From contig NC_087436.1 of the NCBI RefSeq assembly GCF_036321535.1, positions 53,570,001 to 53,634,000 of the forward strand: a stretch of DNA of 64,000 bases, in the 5' to 3' direction. How positions within the stretch are numbered: position 1 is the stretch's first letter; each line of letters begins with the position of its first letter. The notes below the pieces were generated by a model that was not told where the DNA came from, ran no database searches, and saw nothing but the letters and a program-made list of their open reading frames with translations. The position numbers and the translations under genes are program-made. Of the stretch, positions 12,351-26,715 are shown piece by piece. The DNA comes from Camelus dromedarius. Lineage: Eukaryota.

Positions 12351-13070
12351 AAAGGAGACAGAGAAAGTTTTTAATTCATTCCAGTTCCCTGTTCCTGAGA
12401 ATTAATTGCATTCTTGTTTTTTTTTCAAGTTCTTCCAATTAAAAGATATTCACAAGTAATTCCCCTCTTTTTGCTTATACTAAGTCCCCAAATGACAGAT
12501 CCTCTTTAGTTTTAGAAAACTCTTATTTCATTCCTCCCACCTCTGAGACTTTGCTTGGTTTTGTTTTGTTTTTTGTCCCTCACCCCCACCCCCCGCCTTT
12601 TTTTTTTAAAGGTGAGGCTATGGAGGCACAGAAGGGTTGAGTAATTGGCAAAGGTCACACAACTAGTAAGTGGCAGACTGGAACTGGAGCTGTAGCAATT
12701 TGACTGTAGTGTTTCTCAACACTAGCTACATATTTGAATCACCTACAGACCTTTTAAGTAATACAGATGTCTGAGACATTGCTTTGTTTAGGTAATGATA
12801 AAACATTCTGAGGGATGTCATTAATATTATACAGGCTGTTCTGAACTTTATTTTCACTAATAGGATCCTCAAAAGTTGTAAATATAACATGCTATTTCTT
12901 CAGGGAGTACAATCAACTAGATCAGACAACCAATACTTTTTCCTTGTTACCAGTGCACGAATGGCAACGTGCACAAGCAGATACACAATCAGGATCATGC
13001 CGTGTTCTTTGGGCTGAAAATCACCAAGACTGATTTAAGAAAGTGTCATACAAACAGATTTCCTCTTCTT

Positions 13071-13254
13071 TTTTATTTTTTTAAATTAAAATTTTTTTTT
13101 TTATTTTAGGGGAGGTGATTAGGTTTATTTTTTTTTTAATGGAGGTACTGGAGGTTGAACCCAGGACCACAAGCATGCTAGGTACTGGAGGTTGAACCCA
13201 GGACCACAAGCATGCTAGGTATGTGCTCTACCACTGAGATATACCCTCCCCACT
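13071..13254 (-). mobile_element. vic-1-like SINE with internal 37-bp tandem duplication
   Basis: TSD cagatttcctcttctt (13055-13070/13255-13270). Confidence 0.85.
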
Positions 13255-13477
13255 CAGATTTCCTCTTCTTATACAACTATAATTTTCATAAATTAAAGCA
13301 CATCTTTCATCAGTTCCATTCAAAATCTCTTTATGAATTACATATTGTATTAATTACTAGTATCCAAACTAGTAATTCCATTGGCATGTTCTAACCAAGT
13401 ACCATAACGTTAATTTCTTGAAAATTTTCTTGGAGCTGACAAACAGTAATCATTTTAAATCAGAAAGATTACTAACC

Positions 13478-13601
13478 TTTTTTTTTTAAAGGTGAATATT
13501 GATTTATTACTGTTATTATTTTTTTGATGGAGGACTGGGGATTGAACCCAGGACCTTCTGCATGCTAAGCAAGCGCTCTGCTGCTGAGCTATACCCACCT
13601 G
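13478..13601 (-). mobile_element. vic-1-like SINE
   Basis: ggggattgaacccaggacc...catgctaagc...ctgagctatacc. Confidence 0.8.
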
Positions 13602-13876
13602 CCTACTAACCCTTGTAAGCTAAATATGACAACAATATATAAAAATATTTTTAAAGGTCCAATATTTAGGAAGAATGTTTTGGGATTGTGGGGGGAGGTT
13701 GGAGGGGGGTATGGTCTAGGAGGAATACAAAAGGGGTTGCTACAACATTTGCAACAATTTACTTGTTTAATAAATATAACATCTGTGTTTGGAGGAGATT
13801 TGTTGAGCAAGAGTCTAACTCTACCCTAAGCTGGTTAGTCCCAGATATTATTTTTGGATGGCTATTCTAGTGTCAC

Positions 13877-14420
13877 TGGGATGATTAATTTTATCTGTCA
13901 ACTTGACTAGGCTAAGGGATTCCCAGATAGCTGGTAGGACATTACTTCTGGAAGTGTCTGTGAGGGTGTTCCTGGGTAGCATTTGAATGGTATACTAAGT
14001 AAGATAGCTTCATTGGTGTGGATGGGCATCATCCAATCTGCTGAGGGGCTGAATAGAACCAAAAGATGGAGGAAGGGTGAATTTGATCTTTACTTGCTCT
14101 GGGACATTCCTATTCTGTCCTTGGACATAGGAGACCTGGTTCCCCAGCCTTTGGACTAGGACCAGGACTTAAACTATCAGCCTTCTGATTCTTGGGCCTT
14201 TGGACTCAAAATTGGACACACGTTTGCTCCTCTGGTTCTCAGGCCTTCAGACTCGGACTGAATTATACCACTGGCTTCCCTAGTTCTCCAGCTTGTAGAC
14301 CACAGATTGTGGGTCTTTCTGGCCTCCATAACTGTGTGAGCCAATTCCTATAAGGCACATATATATTCCTATTTAAGTCTCCTGTTGGTTTTGTTTCTCT
14401 GGAAAACCCTGACTAATACA
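13877..14420 (+). mobile_element. MLT2 (ERVL) solo LTR
   Basis: Typical MLT2 ends (gattaattttatctgtcaacttgact... / gtttctctggaaaaccctgactaataca); 5-bp TSD GTCAC/ATCAC. Confidence 0.85.
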
Positions 14421-15039
14421 ATCACATAATGTGACTTAGTGGGGAGGTCTTGCCCTAGTAGCCAGGGGATAGAATTAGGAGGTGGAGATTGGAAACTATA
14501 GGGTCAATTTTTCTGAATGCTGAATTTTTACCTGTTTTCAATCCAAGCAAAAATAGTAGGGACATTAGGAATAACATTTCAGTATTTGGTCATTTCTAAA
14601 TATAGAAACAAGTAAGCTATCCATCTAAGTATAAAAACATTCAGCCGCATTCTCAAACTGCATGATCCTAAATGACAATAATAATCCTTGGAGTCATGAC
14701 ATATGAATTATTTACATAACAATTTAGAAAAAATATGGAAATTACAGCTTAAGTTGCCAGACGAGTCCCATTGCAACTTAATACTTTTCACTCTTTGATT
14801 TCCATATTCAGTTTAATATATGTACTCAGGGTTTTATGACATATTATGCCATTATATATTTTCTAATTTATTCATAAATTATAATTTAATGATAAACTTC
14901 TCCAAATCAATTCAAATGCTGGTACATATTTTTTAAAATATTTCTTTAAAAATATACTAAATATAGGCCTTCTTCTATACCTATGTATCAAACTATAACT
15001 ATTCAAAATTTTTAACTATTATCAATGTATATTGATTGT

Positions 15040-18000
15040 TGCTGGTTGGGCTTCCTGTGAAGTAGACCCTGACACGGGGCTTGGAGCAACAAGCCCTTCT
15101 TTAAAGGTGAATTTTGGTGGCTCACCATTGTGTTGATCACAGTTTACCCCTTCTACTGCTCAGATCCACTTTTTCATGTATATTCTGGAACACTTCATCC
15201 TAAATCCAGTAGACCTATTTTCCAGGGGAAATTTAGAAGTAGAAGATGAGTGAGAGGAACAGCAGCTGTAGTCAGCGCTGAGACTGAGCTCATCATATCC
15301 CTACTCTACCACATCATCCACTCAAGATTCTTCTCACCCTCAGAGAACACCTTTGCTAGTTTTGGTAGTTTGCCCCATGGTTTGGCCCAGGGCCTTATCC
15401 TATAGGTCTGATTTCCAGGGTGTCATGCCCTTCTTTGGTACATAATAGTTTATGTACATGTCCATTTGCCATGAAAATTGGGCAGAAAGTATCAAGAGGC
15501 ACCCAAATGGATCTCCTGAGCACCAAGTATATATTCCCTTCCTGGCTGGTCATTAAAGGTCAATTTCTCCTGACAGAGTGATGATTCCTCTCTTTGTCTG
15601 CTAAGTTGGAGTTTGCCATTGGCAGTAGCTGGATCAGCCTTGCTAAGTGAAATTCATCTTTTTGGGCCTATACGCAGACTCTTTTCCATCTTACCATGGG
15701 TATTCTATTCATGCACCCATTGTTCAGGCACTGAGGTAACTGATGACAGGGGCTGGCTAACATCAAATGCCCAAGTTATTTTTTTTTTCTTGCTTGTTTA
15801 TGTCTTTTCCATGATGGATGCACTCTGATGGACATTAACATGGGATACAAAGATCCTCATACTTTGTGTTGGCTTTCATATGTTTATCCACATACTGTAT
15901 CCCAGACCCACTTGACTTTAATCTTCTACACTTCCTTCAGGTTCCTGTTCAGCTAATCAGGCCATTCACCATTGATGTGAGTTTATATATATTCTAATCC
16001 TGGGCCACTCATCTTTCCACACAAAGTGGAGGACCCAGGGCACAATGTACCCTTTGGAAGGAATTTCACTCATCAGTGTTTTTTAAGGTCACACCCATGT
16101 GGGCCTGTAGTGACTTTAATTTTCAGCTTGCATCCACATATTGATTTAACCCAGTCATGATTCAAGCTGGAGTTTTCCTCCTCCATCTGCTAATCATGAG
16201 GAATTTCCCATATAGCCATAACGTGAGTTGAAGGAAGGGAATTGATGCAAACTTCTTGCGCCTTCTGGTCCTGCTTATGCAGGATCCCAGATATACCATT
16301 TTCACCTCATAATGAACCATTGCTAGGCTGCCTAACCTTGTGACTTGGTGGAATAGGTCTGACAGAACCCAGCTTATCATGGGTAGTTAAAACCATACGG
16401 TCACTTGATATCCCTGATCAAGTACTTTTCTTCTACCAAGGTCTAATAGCATGCCAGAAATTGTTTTTCAAAAGGAGTAAAATTCTCTGCTGCCAACGTG
16501 TGGTCTTGCTCTAGAACTCCAGAGGACTGCATTATGATTATCCCACTGGGACTTGACAAAAATTTCACATGGAATCTTTTACCACCATTGATACCTCTAA
16601 CATCATAGATCTTCCAGGTCATATGGCCAAAGAGGCAGACTGTACCACAATCTGATCCTACTTCAAAACACTTTCTCTTCTGGGCCCTACTCAAAGTTAG
16701 CAGCCTTTCTTATCACTTGATCCCAGATGTAGAATATACTGATTTCAGAACCTGAAGAAGCATGTCTGATGTTGTATTTCCTTTCCCATTGTGGAAGATG
16801 TGAGATGTCATAGTTGGTCCTTTAGTTTGGATGGGACATCCTGGCATGCCCTTGACTATCAGACCCCTAAAAATTGTATTGTCATGGCAGGCTCATGAAT
16901 CTTGTGCACGTATGTCTTGCCAAATTCTCCAATGTGCTAGCCCTTTTTTGATCATCCTATTTGATTAGAATGATGTCATTGATAGTGGGTCGATGTGATG
17001 CTTTGCAAGATATCCAGACATTCAAAACCTCATTGGACGATATTATGACAGAAAATACAATATACTGCATTATAACATAGCCCAAGGGCAAAATTATAAA
17101 TGTACACTGTTCTGTCCATGAAAATGCAAAGTATTTCTAATCCCCATTTTGGTAGGGATGGAAAAGAATTGTCACCAAGTCAGTGTATATATACACACCA
17201 TGTACTAAGGCCATATTAATCTGCTACAGCAAAGATACTATGCCTGGCACAGCAACAGCAATTCGGGCTTCCACTTGATTGAGTTTCAGCAGTCTAATGT
17301 CAAGTTTTGGGATCTATCCAGTTTTTGCATGGACCAGACTTGTGAATTAAATCAGGGTATGATGGGGACCATCATCCCTAGATCCTTTTGAATTTTAGAA
17401 ATAGTACTAATTATTACCATCCTTTCCAGAAATATATATATACTACTTTTGTTTTATCATTTTAACTGGAATCAGGTGGGGAGGGGGAACAGTTTTAGAA
17501 GTTTTCACTTGGCCTTCCCCACTATGATAGCTCTTCACCTAAGGGCCAAGGTTCCAACTGCCAAGTATGTCTATTCTAGTTACATATGTGAGGAATGGTA
17601 AAATAACCACCAGCAGGTTGCTGGATACAGTGGACTCACTGTGAGTTTGACCTTGACCAGGATTCCATTTATTACCTGAAACCCATATGCCGTCATTCTA
17701 AGAGGGGAGCTAGGATGCTGAGTCCAACAATGTTAGAAATCTTTGGGTATTCCCTTTTTCAAAGTACACATTTACTCAAATAAATGAACAGAGATTCATT
17801 TGGAGAAGGCCTGGGGAAATCATTTCCCCATAACTGGCCATGGTTCCTTTCTCCTAGGCACCCAACTCCTGCAGTTGATGAATTTTGAGCCTGAAAACTG
17901 ATTTAGATACAGGAATTGGGCAAAAGATTGTGATGTATTTTGGTACACCTGCTTTCAGCCTCCTTATCGTCCATTATTGATTTTTTGATGGTATAATTAG

Positions 18001-18110
18001 GAAAGTACTCTTATTGGCTGGGTATCTCTTCTGCAGCTAGAGACTTCATGTCTTATTAACTATTTCCATAATTCTGAGGGACAGGCTGCCATTGGCTGCT
18101 ACACACTTTT
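15040..18110 (-). mobile_element. Decayed ERVL internal region (ERV3-16A3/LTR16-like) with pol remnants
   Basis: Minus-strand remnants AAENFTPFEKQFLACY* (ERVL pol AAENYTPFEKQLLACY motif) and MISWVLSD; many stops and frameshifts. Confidence 0.75.
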
Positions 18111-18779
18111 CAATTATCATGAATATTCTTATAAATCCTCACTTATTCAAATATTAACAACTAGAGAATCTAGATGAAAGGTTTACAGTGTTTATTGTAC
18201 TGTTTCAACATTGTGTAGATTTAAACATTTCCAAAATAAAAGTAGAGGAACAAAGGTAAAGGCTATGAATAAATAAATATAAAAACTAGTGATAAAAATC
18301 ATCAACTATATATATATATATATTTGGGGGGTAGGGGGAAGAAATTAGGCTTTTTATTTATTTTTTAAGTGGCAGTACATGCATTCTACCACTGAGCTAT
18401 ACCCTCTCCCCCCACCCCCCAACAGTATATTCTTTTAATTCCTTTAAAGGCAAAATACTTATAAGTTTGTTGTGACCTGTTAGGTTGACATAACACTTTT
18501 GGAGAGCAGTGCGAATGCCAACAGAAATAAAAAGTGAAAATTTTGTTTGTATTCTACAAACTATTTAGTTCCATTGTTGAAAACCTATCCTGAAGGAATC
18601 ATGTAAAATATGAAAACAAATTTCTCATGAGTGTATGTATTGGAGCATTATTCATAATAGGAAAAAACTGGAAATAACCTGACTATGTACATAAGAATAT
18701 GTATTCCCATGGGAAATTAGGTAAGAGAATTGTAATATATTGACTCGGTGGAATATCCTGAAGCCACTAATGTTACCAA

Positions 18780-19400
18780 TGTTGATATGATGCACTAGGA
18801 CAGACATAATATTACTTCTGTAGCATTTCTGCCAAAAATACGTAAGTCCAAAAGTGTATCAACATAACAAGGTCACAGTAACTCTATCAGCATTTAGTGT
18901 TAAACTATCATAAGGAAACAATCAGCTAAATAAAATTAAGGGATATTCTTCAAAACAACTGTCCCTCACTCCTCAGAGTGTCAGTGTCTCAAAAAAACAA
19001 AGAAAAACTGAGGAGCTGTTTCTTAAATTGAGGAGACATGACAACAAATACAATGCATGATCCTAGATTGGAAACAAAATTCTATAAAAGTAATTATTGG
19101 AAAAATTGGCAAAATTTGAATGTTGATTGGATGATTATATTTCAGATAAAGGTATTGAATCAGAATTACATTTCCTGATTTAATTGGATTATGGCTCTTT
19201 ATACTTAGGAGAAACAAGTTGAAGTGTTTAGAGGTTATCGTGTCTGCAACTTGCTCTCATATGACTCAGAAATTATGAGAGAAAGATTGAGAGAGACAAG
19301 GCAATGTGTTAACTATTGGTTAGTTTAGAAGAATTTGTGGAAATAATTACTGCAGCTATTCTGTAAGTCTGATAATTTTTCAAAGTAAAATGTTTAAAAA
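18780..19400 (+). mobile_element. Old L1M 3' end fragment
   Basis: gagacatgacaacaaatacaatgcatgatcctagattgg...attggcaaaatttgaat, L1MC-like. Confidence 0.55.
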
Positions 19401-22400
19401 GTATTATCCAGTCTATAAACAGTGTCCAAAATATTTGTAATAATGTATCATGTGAAAAATGCAGAGTTCAAAATTGTATGTATAATTGTAAAAGCATAAA
19501 ATGTTGGCATATGGATATATTAGGGTAGTAGGGGAGATTTTCCTTTAAAAAAAGTTTCTTTAATGATGTTTGTTATACTGTGTTTAAAATAAAACCATTA
19601 TTAAATTAAATGCATTTAAATAACCTCCAAGGGGAAGAATAGTAAAAATAAGAATAATAAAATAATTTTTAAAATTCCAATTCTGCTCCAATGTTCCTTA
19701 ACCAGTTTGAAAAACAAAAGTTTTTCAACCAGTTTAAGCTGTTTTCCCATCACCAAAGTGAAACCATATGCTAAAGTCCAGTTGCAAGTTAAAAAGCAAA
19801 TAAATAAATAATAAACCAACTTCCCTCTGAGTGTGGGTGTGATTTTTTTTTTAATAGAGCTAAGCACCAGGCTTTTAAGTAATCTTATCCTCTATCAGAT
19901 ATCTGATTTAATCTCCCAAAATAGCATAATTCCGAGTTTATTTACGAGTACTTTAAATACCTTTACCTCACCCCCCAATCAGGTTCAGAAAATACCGTGA
20001 ATTTTCTATATTTAACATTCCCTTTTAAAGCTTTTTGAAAAAAAAGTTTTTTGGGTACAGTTGACATACAATGTAACTTTCTTTTTTAAGACCAAAAAAA
20101 ACCCCCAAAATAATAAGCTAAAATACTTAAATACTTAAATGTTTTTACTCAAGTACTGTTGATTGATCTGCCTTTCAAGTCTAAATTACATTTAGCTAAT
20201 TTTTTTGTAACTAACAAAACAATAATTTCCCCTTGGTTTTTCAATTTCAATAATGACCACTGATATTTTCCTATATATTTCCAAAATCTCTTTCAGAATG
20301 TAAAAATTAAACTCTAGTAAAGGGATAAGATTGTGTTTACTTATCTTGCCATCTCATTTTGTTGTAAAATGAAATAGTTTTCCCATTTAACTCCCATGTG
20401 AATATATTCTCTTACCTTCCACAGGGAAAAGCATATAAGCATATAAGGAAAAACTTTAAAGAAAGGTCAGATTATTTTTTTTAAGGTGCCATTTCCATAA
20501 ATCATCTGGCAATTAAACTAACAACTTGTTTCATAAATCCGCCCAGCCTGGTATTTTTTCATTTCCCAGAAGCCAGTTTTTTTATAAGCTAAATACATCC
20601 AGTCTGCTAACATGCATATCTGGATCAAACCCTTTCCCCCTTCTTAAAACCTGATCATCTCAGTACTGATAGGATCAAGTATGGCCCTTGTTTCCTAACT
20701 TTCTATTTCCAAGTTCTGCATGTTGTGGGTCAATTTGTACTAAATTTATCCACCAAATTGACAAAAGTTCTCTCCAAATAGCCATCTTTAATAGTGATTT
20801 CTCGTTTTTTTAAAAAATATATAACTGGCTCTCTTGGAGTATTATTAAAATTATTTTATTATTTATTTTTACAAAACAATAATCATGGTTCTCCATTAGC
20901 TGCATGAAACACACAGGGTCATATCTGAGATTTTTAGTACGGTCCATGTTTTTAAGCAATGTCCTGAATGAGGATTGGTATCTCTCCAACTCTGAAGTTA
21001 AAATTAGAATTTAGAAGCATGTGAGTGAGAAATTTCTAATTCCCATGTCTCCAAATATGGAATAGAAAGGCACAAGGCAAGTCCTGGGGAAAGCTGATTA
21101 GCCATCCAGATAATTCCTTTAGGTTGGCCATTTCCTCAGAGAATCATCACATTGTGAGGACACGCAGAAAATCCAGTCATGGTGGGTAAGCCACCAAAGA
21201 CGTAGCTTTCTTTTGGTAAAGCTCATAGAGGTAAAACAAACTAAAAAACTTAGTGCCATTTACTCTGAACAATATTACTATTGTGGTCTAGATATTCAGG
21301 TATCCATATCAGTGCTACATACATATAAATCAATACTGGAAGATATGTTTATCATATGGTTGCTTGGTGAACCTGGAATCAAAACAAGGCAAATTAATTG
21401 TATGGGTGGTGTCCCCAAGAAACCATTACTAATGAGGGCCAGTGGACCAGAGATCCATATTTTTGTGCCAGGGCACTCTGTTCCCAGAACAACGCTAGAG
21501 CTAGATCATCAAATATTGTCATTCTAAATTCCCCTTTTATAAATGGCCAAGTCCCATTAACACATTTCTTTCTTTAGATATTTTATTTCTCATTATATTT
21601 CTTTCAATGTATTGTTACATATATGTAACAATGAAAAGCCAGTCATTCCTCCCTAAAGTTCCACCCAAATCTCTGAATTATGGGTATTTACATCCTTTGA
21701 GCTATTTTCTAAAGACTATTGATCTCATCCCATATATTTTCATTTTTTCCTAATTTCAATTTTAAAAGGTAAATTAAGTTTATTTATAGTACTTATTGTT
21801 GGCCCAGGATACTACTTACATGAATTTTTCACATTTCACTCTTTACAGATTATTCATTTCTTATTATTTCAGACAATTATCTTTTTTATAAAGTAGTCCA
21901 ATTACAATCTAGTCAATATTATATAGTGTTAAGAGCCCTGAAGATAGAGCTGTGTTCTTAGGAAAGTTATTTAACCTCAGTTACCTCATCTAGCTCAGAA
22001 TGTTGTTTGGAAGATAAAATGAGGTATTACCATTGCATATAAACTGCTTAACATGATGCCTGGCATACGTAGTTTTCCGATTACATTATTAGTCCTTAAG
22101 CTACACTTTTGCGAAGTTTTTAAAGTTAGATTTGGGTTTTTCCCAAATATTTGTTAGCAATCTACCTACAAAGTCATCAAGGAGCTAGTATTTTACTAGT
22201 GGAGATTTAACCAACAATTAAATAATGTTTAATATAATACTGGGTTTAGAGCTAGAGTTAAGAAGTGATCTGAGGAAAAATAAGGTAGGGTAAGGGGATA
22301 AAGAGTAATGAGCATGCTAATTTAGATAGGGTGGTCCAGGAATCCTTCCCTCAGGAGACAGAGGAACAGAGATCTGAATGAAAGGAAGGAAGAAATGAAG

Positions 22401-23831
22401 TGAGTGTGTCAATCATCTGGTGAATGAGTGCTTGTTATGATGCTTGTTAGCTGCACTCTTTTGGTTCTTAGTCACACATCTTTATATGGGTGGTGAACTA
22501 TTTATACTCATAGGACTTAGGATGCCAAGCAGATTTTACAGTCCAGAAAGAATGTGCCTGGGCTTCCCATGTCCTCTAAATATCCTTCAACAATTACATA
22601 TTTCCAATGATTAACTTAGTACTTCTTGAACTGTCAGTTTCATGAATGAACTTATTGTTAGAAGTATCAGAAACAGGCATTTGGAAGACCCTATCGGAGA
22701 AAACAGTTGTGGTACGGAGGAAAGAATCTTGGAGTAAAGAGAATTGGGATTGAATTCTGGCTCACCACTGGCTATGTGGCCTTGCCTGTGTCCCCTAACT
22801 TTACTGAGTCTGTTTCTTTAAAGAATAGGGGTGATAATGTTTAATTCACATATTTGTTACAAAGGTCAAAGGAATTAATCAGTATGAAAAATCCTTGGTA
22901 TGTTATAAGAAATCAGTAAAGGTTGCTTGGCTCTGAAAGCTTAGAATATCCTAAAAATAATGGGCAGAAGTTGGTTCTCTGCATAGAAGATTTCTTAAAC
23001 CTATTACACTATACTGAAAAATACAAATAAATTTATGTTAATAGAATATTACATCATGGTAACTAGAGTTAACATTGAGTGCTTACTATGTTCTAAGAAC
23101 TACTGCAAGCATGTTACATGAATTAACTCATTTCTCACAGTAACATACAAGGTAAATGCTATTATTGTGCCCATCTAACTCATGACAAAAATGAGGCACA
23201 AAGAGGCTAAATAATCTGTGTACGGTCACACGGTAAATGGTAGAATTGGGATTATGAGCCAAAATAATTTGACATCAGAGTTCATGTTCTCAAATACTAA
23301 ACTATGTAATTGTAATTTAAAAGATAATTTATCCTGTGAGAAGCCAAAATTTTAGGTCTTTCCTAAAGGAATATCACTGTAGAAAATGACTAACAATGAA
23401 AATATACATAGATATAGATATAGATATATAAAGTAGTATAACCAAGTTTAAAAAGAGAGTGAAAAAGGTTTAAAAAATGTTAATGTTAACTAGAGGTTGG
23501 TTTAGATTATATCTAAAGTTAATATCCAACATTAAATATTAGGGATCATTATATAAAAATATATAATTTCATATTATCAGTCTCAAAACTGACTCATTTT
23601 AAGAAAAATGGTTGCCTACTACTAATCAGAGACTCAAAAAGGCATCAGATATAAATAAAATGTCTGAAATTCCAAGGCCTGTTTTTTTAAAAAAAAAAGT
23701 CTTAAACAATGTAGCAGTAATATTTTGAGGGACTGATCACAGTAATTTTTTTGAGAGACTGATCAGTTTGAACCATAGTTGAACAATGCCTAGCAAAACA
23801 ATGACTTCGGCTATCTAGAAAACCTAAATGA

Positions 23832-24002
23832 GGGGGAGGGTACAGTTCAGTGGTAGAGTACCTGCCTAGCATGCACAAGGTCCTGGGTTCAATATCCAAT
23901 AGCTCCATTAAAAATAAATAAATAAACATAATTACCCTCACCCTACCAAGACAAACAAACAAACGAAACAAAAAAAAAGGAAAGAAAAAAAAAAAAAGGA
24001 AA
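23832..24002 (+). mobile_element. vic-1-like SINE
   Basis: Full head ggggagggtacagttcagtggtagag, A tail; TSD gaaaacctaaatga. Confidence 0.88.
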
Positions 24003-24926
24003 GAAAACCTAAATGAAATTCCAATGACAAAATACATGATAAAAATGTGTTTTTATTATGATGTATTCTATTAAATTACTTAAAGTCTTTTTAGCATGAG
24101 TTAAATCTATAAAGACTAGTAATATATGAGCTTCAGGAATATGTTATGTAAAGAAAAGACCATGACTAATTACAGATGCTAAATGATAACCAACAATTCC
24201 AGGCTTATAAATAACTGTTACCATGATACTATGCTGGGCCCCTAGTTATGTATTAACTAGATAAGTCAATCAAGTAGAGTATAAATATTGAAATAAGTAT
24301 TTCAATACCATATCCCATTTCAAATATCCTTTTATTATCCTTTCTTTAATACAGGCACAAATAAGGTAGTGATGTAACAAATGTATTTTTTGTGGATTAA
24401 CAGATTAATAAAGTATAAAATTTCTGCTCTGTATATTTCAGATTGGTCAAAATAAAACAATCATCTACCCACAGAGATATATCTAATCACTAAATCTTTG
24501 ACATGATAGAATCTAATGATAATATTAGACAGACACATGAATGTGCTATAAAACACATGCGACAAAGTGTATCCAAAATGGAAAGAAATTAAGCTGTAGA
24601 GAATAGGAGCATACAGATGTATTGTAGAAGTCCTAGGGTGACTGACAAAAATGAAGTGTTTTCTGATCAAGAGAAAAGTTCATAAAATGGAAGGTACCAT
24701 TAAAAAATTTTTTAGGAACATCAGTGGTTTTCAGTTCTTCACGGGGATTGAAATCTCTTTAAAATTTAAATCTCTTTGCTCTATTGTCTAGCAGCATCAG
24801 GAAGATAATACATCTATACTGTCTCCCCAAAGAAAATAACCAGATACTACTTTTAACCAACAGAGAATATCACTGTGACAGAGTATAATTACTTTGGATA
24901 GTTTAATTTAGAGTAGATAGTCTCTG

Positions 24927-25085
24927 AGATAAACAACAAGGTCTTACTTTATAGCACAGGAAACTATATTCAATTTCTTGTAATAACCTATAATGAAAAA
25001 GAATATATATATAACTAAATCACTATGCTATACACCAGGAACTAACACATTGCAAGTAAACCATACTTCAATAAAAAAAAAAAAA
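24927..25085 (+). mobile_element. Short L1 3' end
   Basis: aacaacaaggtcttac...poly(A); TSD agagtag(a/g)tagtctctg. Confidence 0.85.
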
Positions 25086-25829
25086 AGAGTAGGTAGTCTC
25101 TGTAAATAGAAATCCATTTATTTATTTATTTCATTTCATTTTTTAGAATTCTATTTAAACCTCCTACAGCTAAGCTGACTGGACAAAAGCTTTCATTAAT
25201 CATCTCTGACATCCAGGTGAATCAAAGTATATGAACAGGCAATGGTTTTGAGTTCTTATTACAACCTCAATTATGGGTTAGTCAACTCAAGCAACCATTA
25301 TGTACTCAATAATAGGTATGACACAGCTCTGGACATCAGCAACACTATAAGCAGGCAAGCACAGGTGGCCTGTTCATACTGATTTTTCTGGTGTTGACAT
25401 CCTTAAGAAGTATGGGAAATAGTGATACAATGTCTTCATCATTAAAACCTTATAGCAGCTCTCTACTAGATTTCGTTACCTCTGTTTTTTGTATTAGTAA
25501 CCAGATTGTGCAGAAAAACACTGGCTTGAGAAATGACACCACAGTCTCTTAAAGAGAAAGGAAATGTAGAATGCCACTGCAGGGATAAATTTCTAGCTGC
25601 CAGTGATTGTTGTGAATATAACAATATTTTCTTAAATATTAAAGCCTCTACAGAGAGTAGCTACAGTTACAAAGAACAAAATTGTCTTGAAACTTTAAAA
25701 TTGCATTGGTATACATGATAATATAACAAAGTACACAAAAGAAAAATTTTAAATATTGTTTTTAAAAAAACAGCAGGGGAAGCAGCTGATCCTTAGAAAG
25801 GCACGAGGTTGCTTATTATGAAGCATTTA

Positions 25830-26030
25830 TAGAGTACGATGCATTTTCAAAGCTGATTACAGTCATTACCACAGCACACCCTTGTGAGGTAAGTGTATTA
25901 CCATCCGTGGTTCATAAATGAAAAAGCTGAGGCACTGAAAGATTAAGTCACTAGCTTAAGGAAAATGAGTCAACGTCAAGAGTCATAGTTGACCCGGCCT
26001 AACGACTCCTGACGGTCAGTCCAGGGCTTA
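25830..26030 (-). mobile_element. MIR-like SINE remnant upstream of the promoter
   Basis: cccttgtgaggtaagtgtattaccatcc...gctgaggcactgaaagattaagtcact core. Confidence 0.55.
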
Positions 26031-26641
26031 GTCAGCGGGGGCCGGAGTGGCTTCCCTGGCTGGCACCTGGACTTGGGCTATTTCCGTTCACGTTAAAACA
26101 GACAGTGGAAGCGAGAGGACAGAACGTTTAAATAATTTTTACTTCCACGCAAGATTTAGGCTCTGAGGTCTTAATCTCAGGATTTGGAACAGGAAAAGCT
26201 GTCGCGTGCACTCCCCCTCCCCCCACCTGTGGCAAGTGGGTACTGTGGGCGGTTCCGCCACCCTTTTTCACAGCGATGGCAATGAGTGACCACCAGCGTT
26301 AGCGGAGCCGGGGGACGGGGGAGGGTTGACTGCTTAACGATTCTCCATCACCGCCTCTTTTTGAAACAGAGAAAATGGTGGGAAGTCAAAAGAAAATTAA
26401 ATAAACACACAGGCAACTTCTAGGACCTCAACTAAGCAAATGAAGCCTTATTGTGCGTGCTGAGCCTACAGTTCCCAACCTTCCGCGGAAGATGGGAGGA
26501 CAGGGTGACAGAGGGCACAGGAGGCATGCCTGGTAGTAAGTGCGACAGCAGCTATCCAGGCGGAAGAGCAGAGGACTGAAAAACCACTCTCCAGCACGCG
26601 AGTGTCCGCCGCTCCGAGAACCGCGCACCATACCCCTCGAC

Positions 26642-26647
26642 CACGTG
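26642..26647. promoter_or_regulatory. Distal E-box CACGTG (MYC/MAX/USF)
   Basis: cCACGTGacc; the EIF4E promoter is an established MYC target with two E-boxes. Confidence 0.8.
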
Positions 26648-26715
26648 ACCAGTCCTTTTTTTTTTTTTAAAACTTCTCTACTAAAAAAAAAAAAGAGCGA
26701 GAGAGAGACAGAGAG

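Larger units (their letters stand above)
6510..12480. mobile_element. Old MLT1 (MaLR)-like LTR, split by the ERV1 provirus and an L1
   Basis: MLT1-like text (ccaagtaaggccaatca...cagccatgttttcc...ggagaaagcaag | gagagagaatgaagcaaac) continues across the provirus TSD; boundaries approximate. Confidence 0.45.

Noticed and set aside
16162..16694. Short ORFs with ERVL pol similarity
   Set aside because: Fragmented by stops and frameshifts; no intact or domesticated ORF.
26531..26541. GTAAGT donor-like hexamer upstream of the core promoter
   Set aside because: Poor exonic context and no ORF or TSS support from sequence alone.
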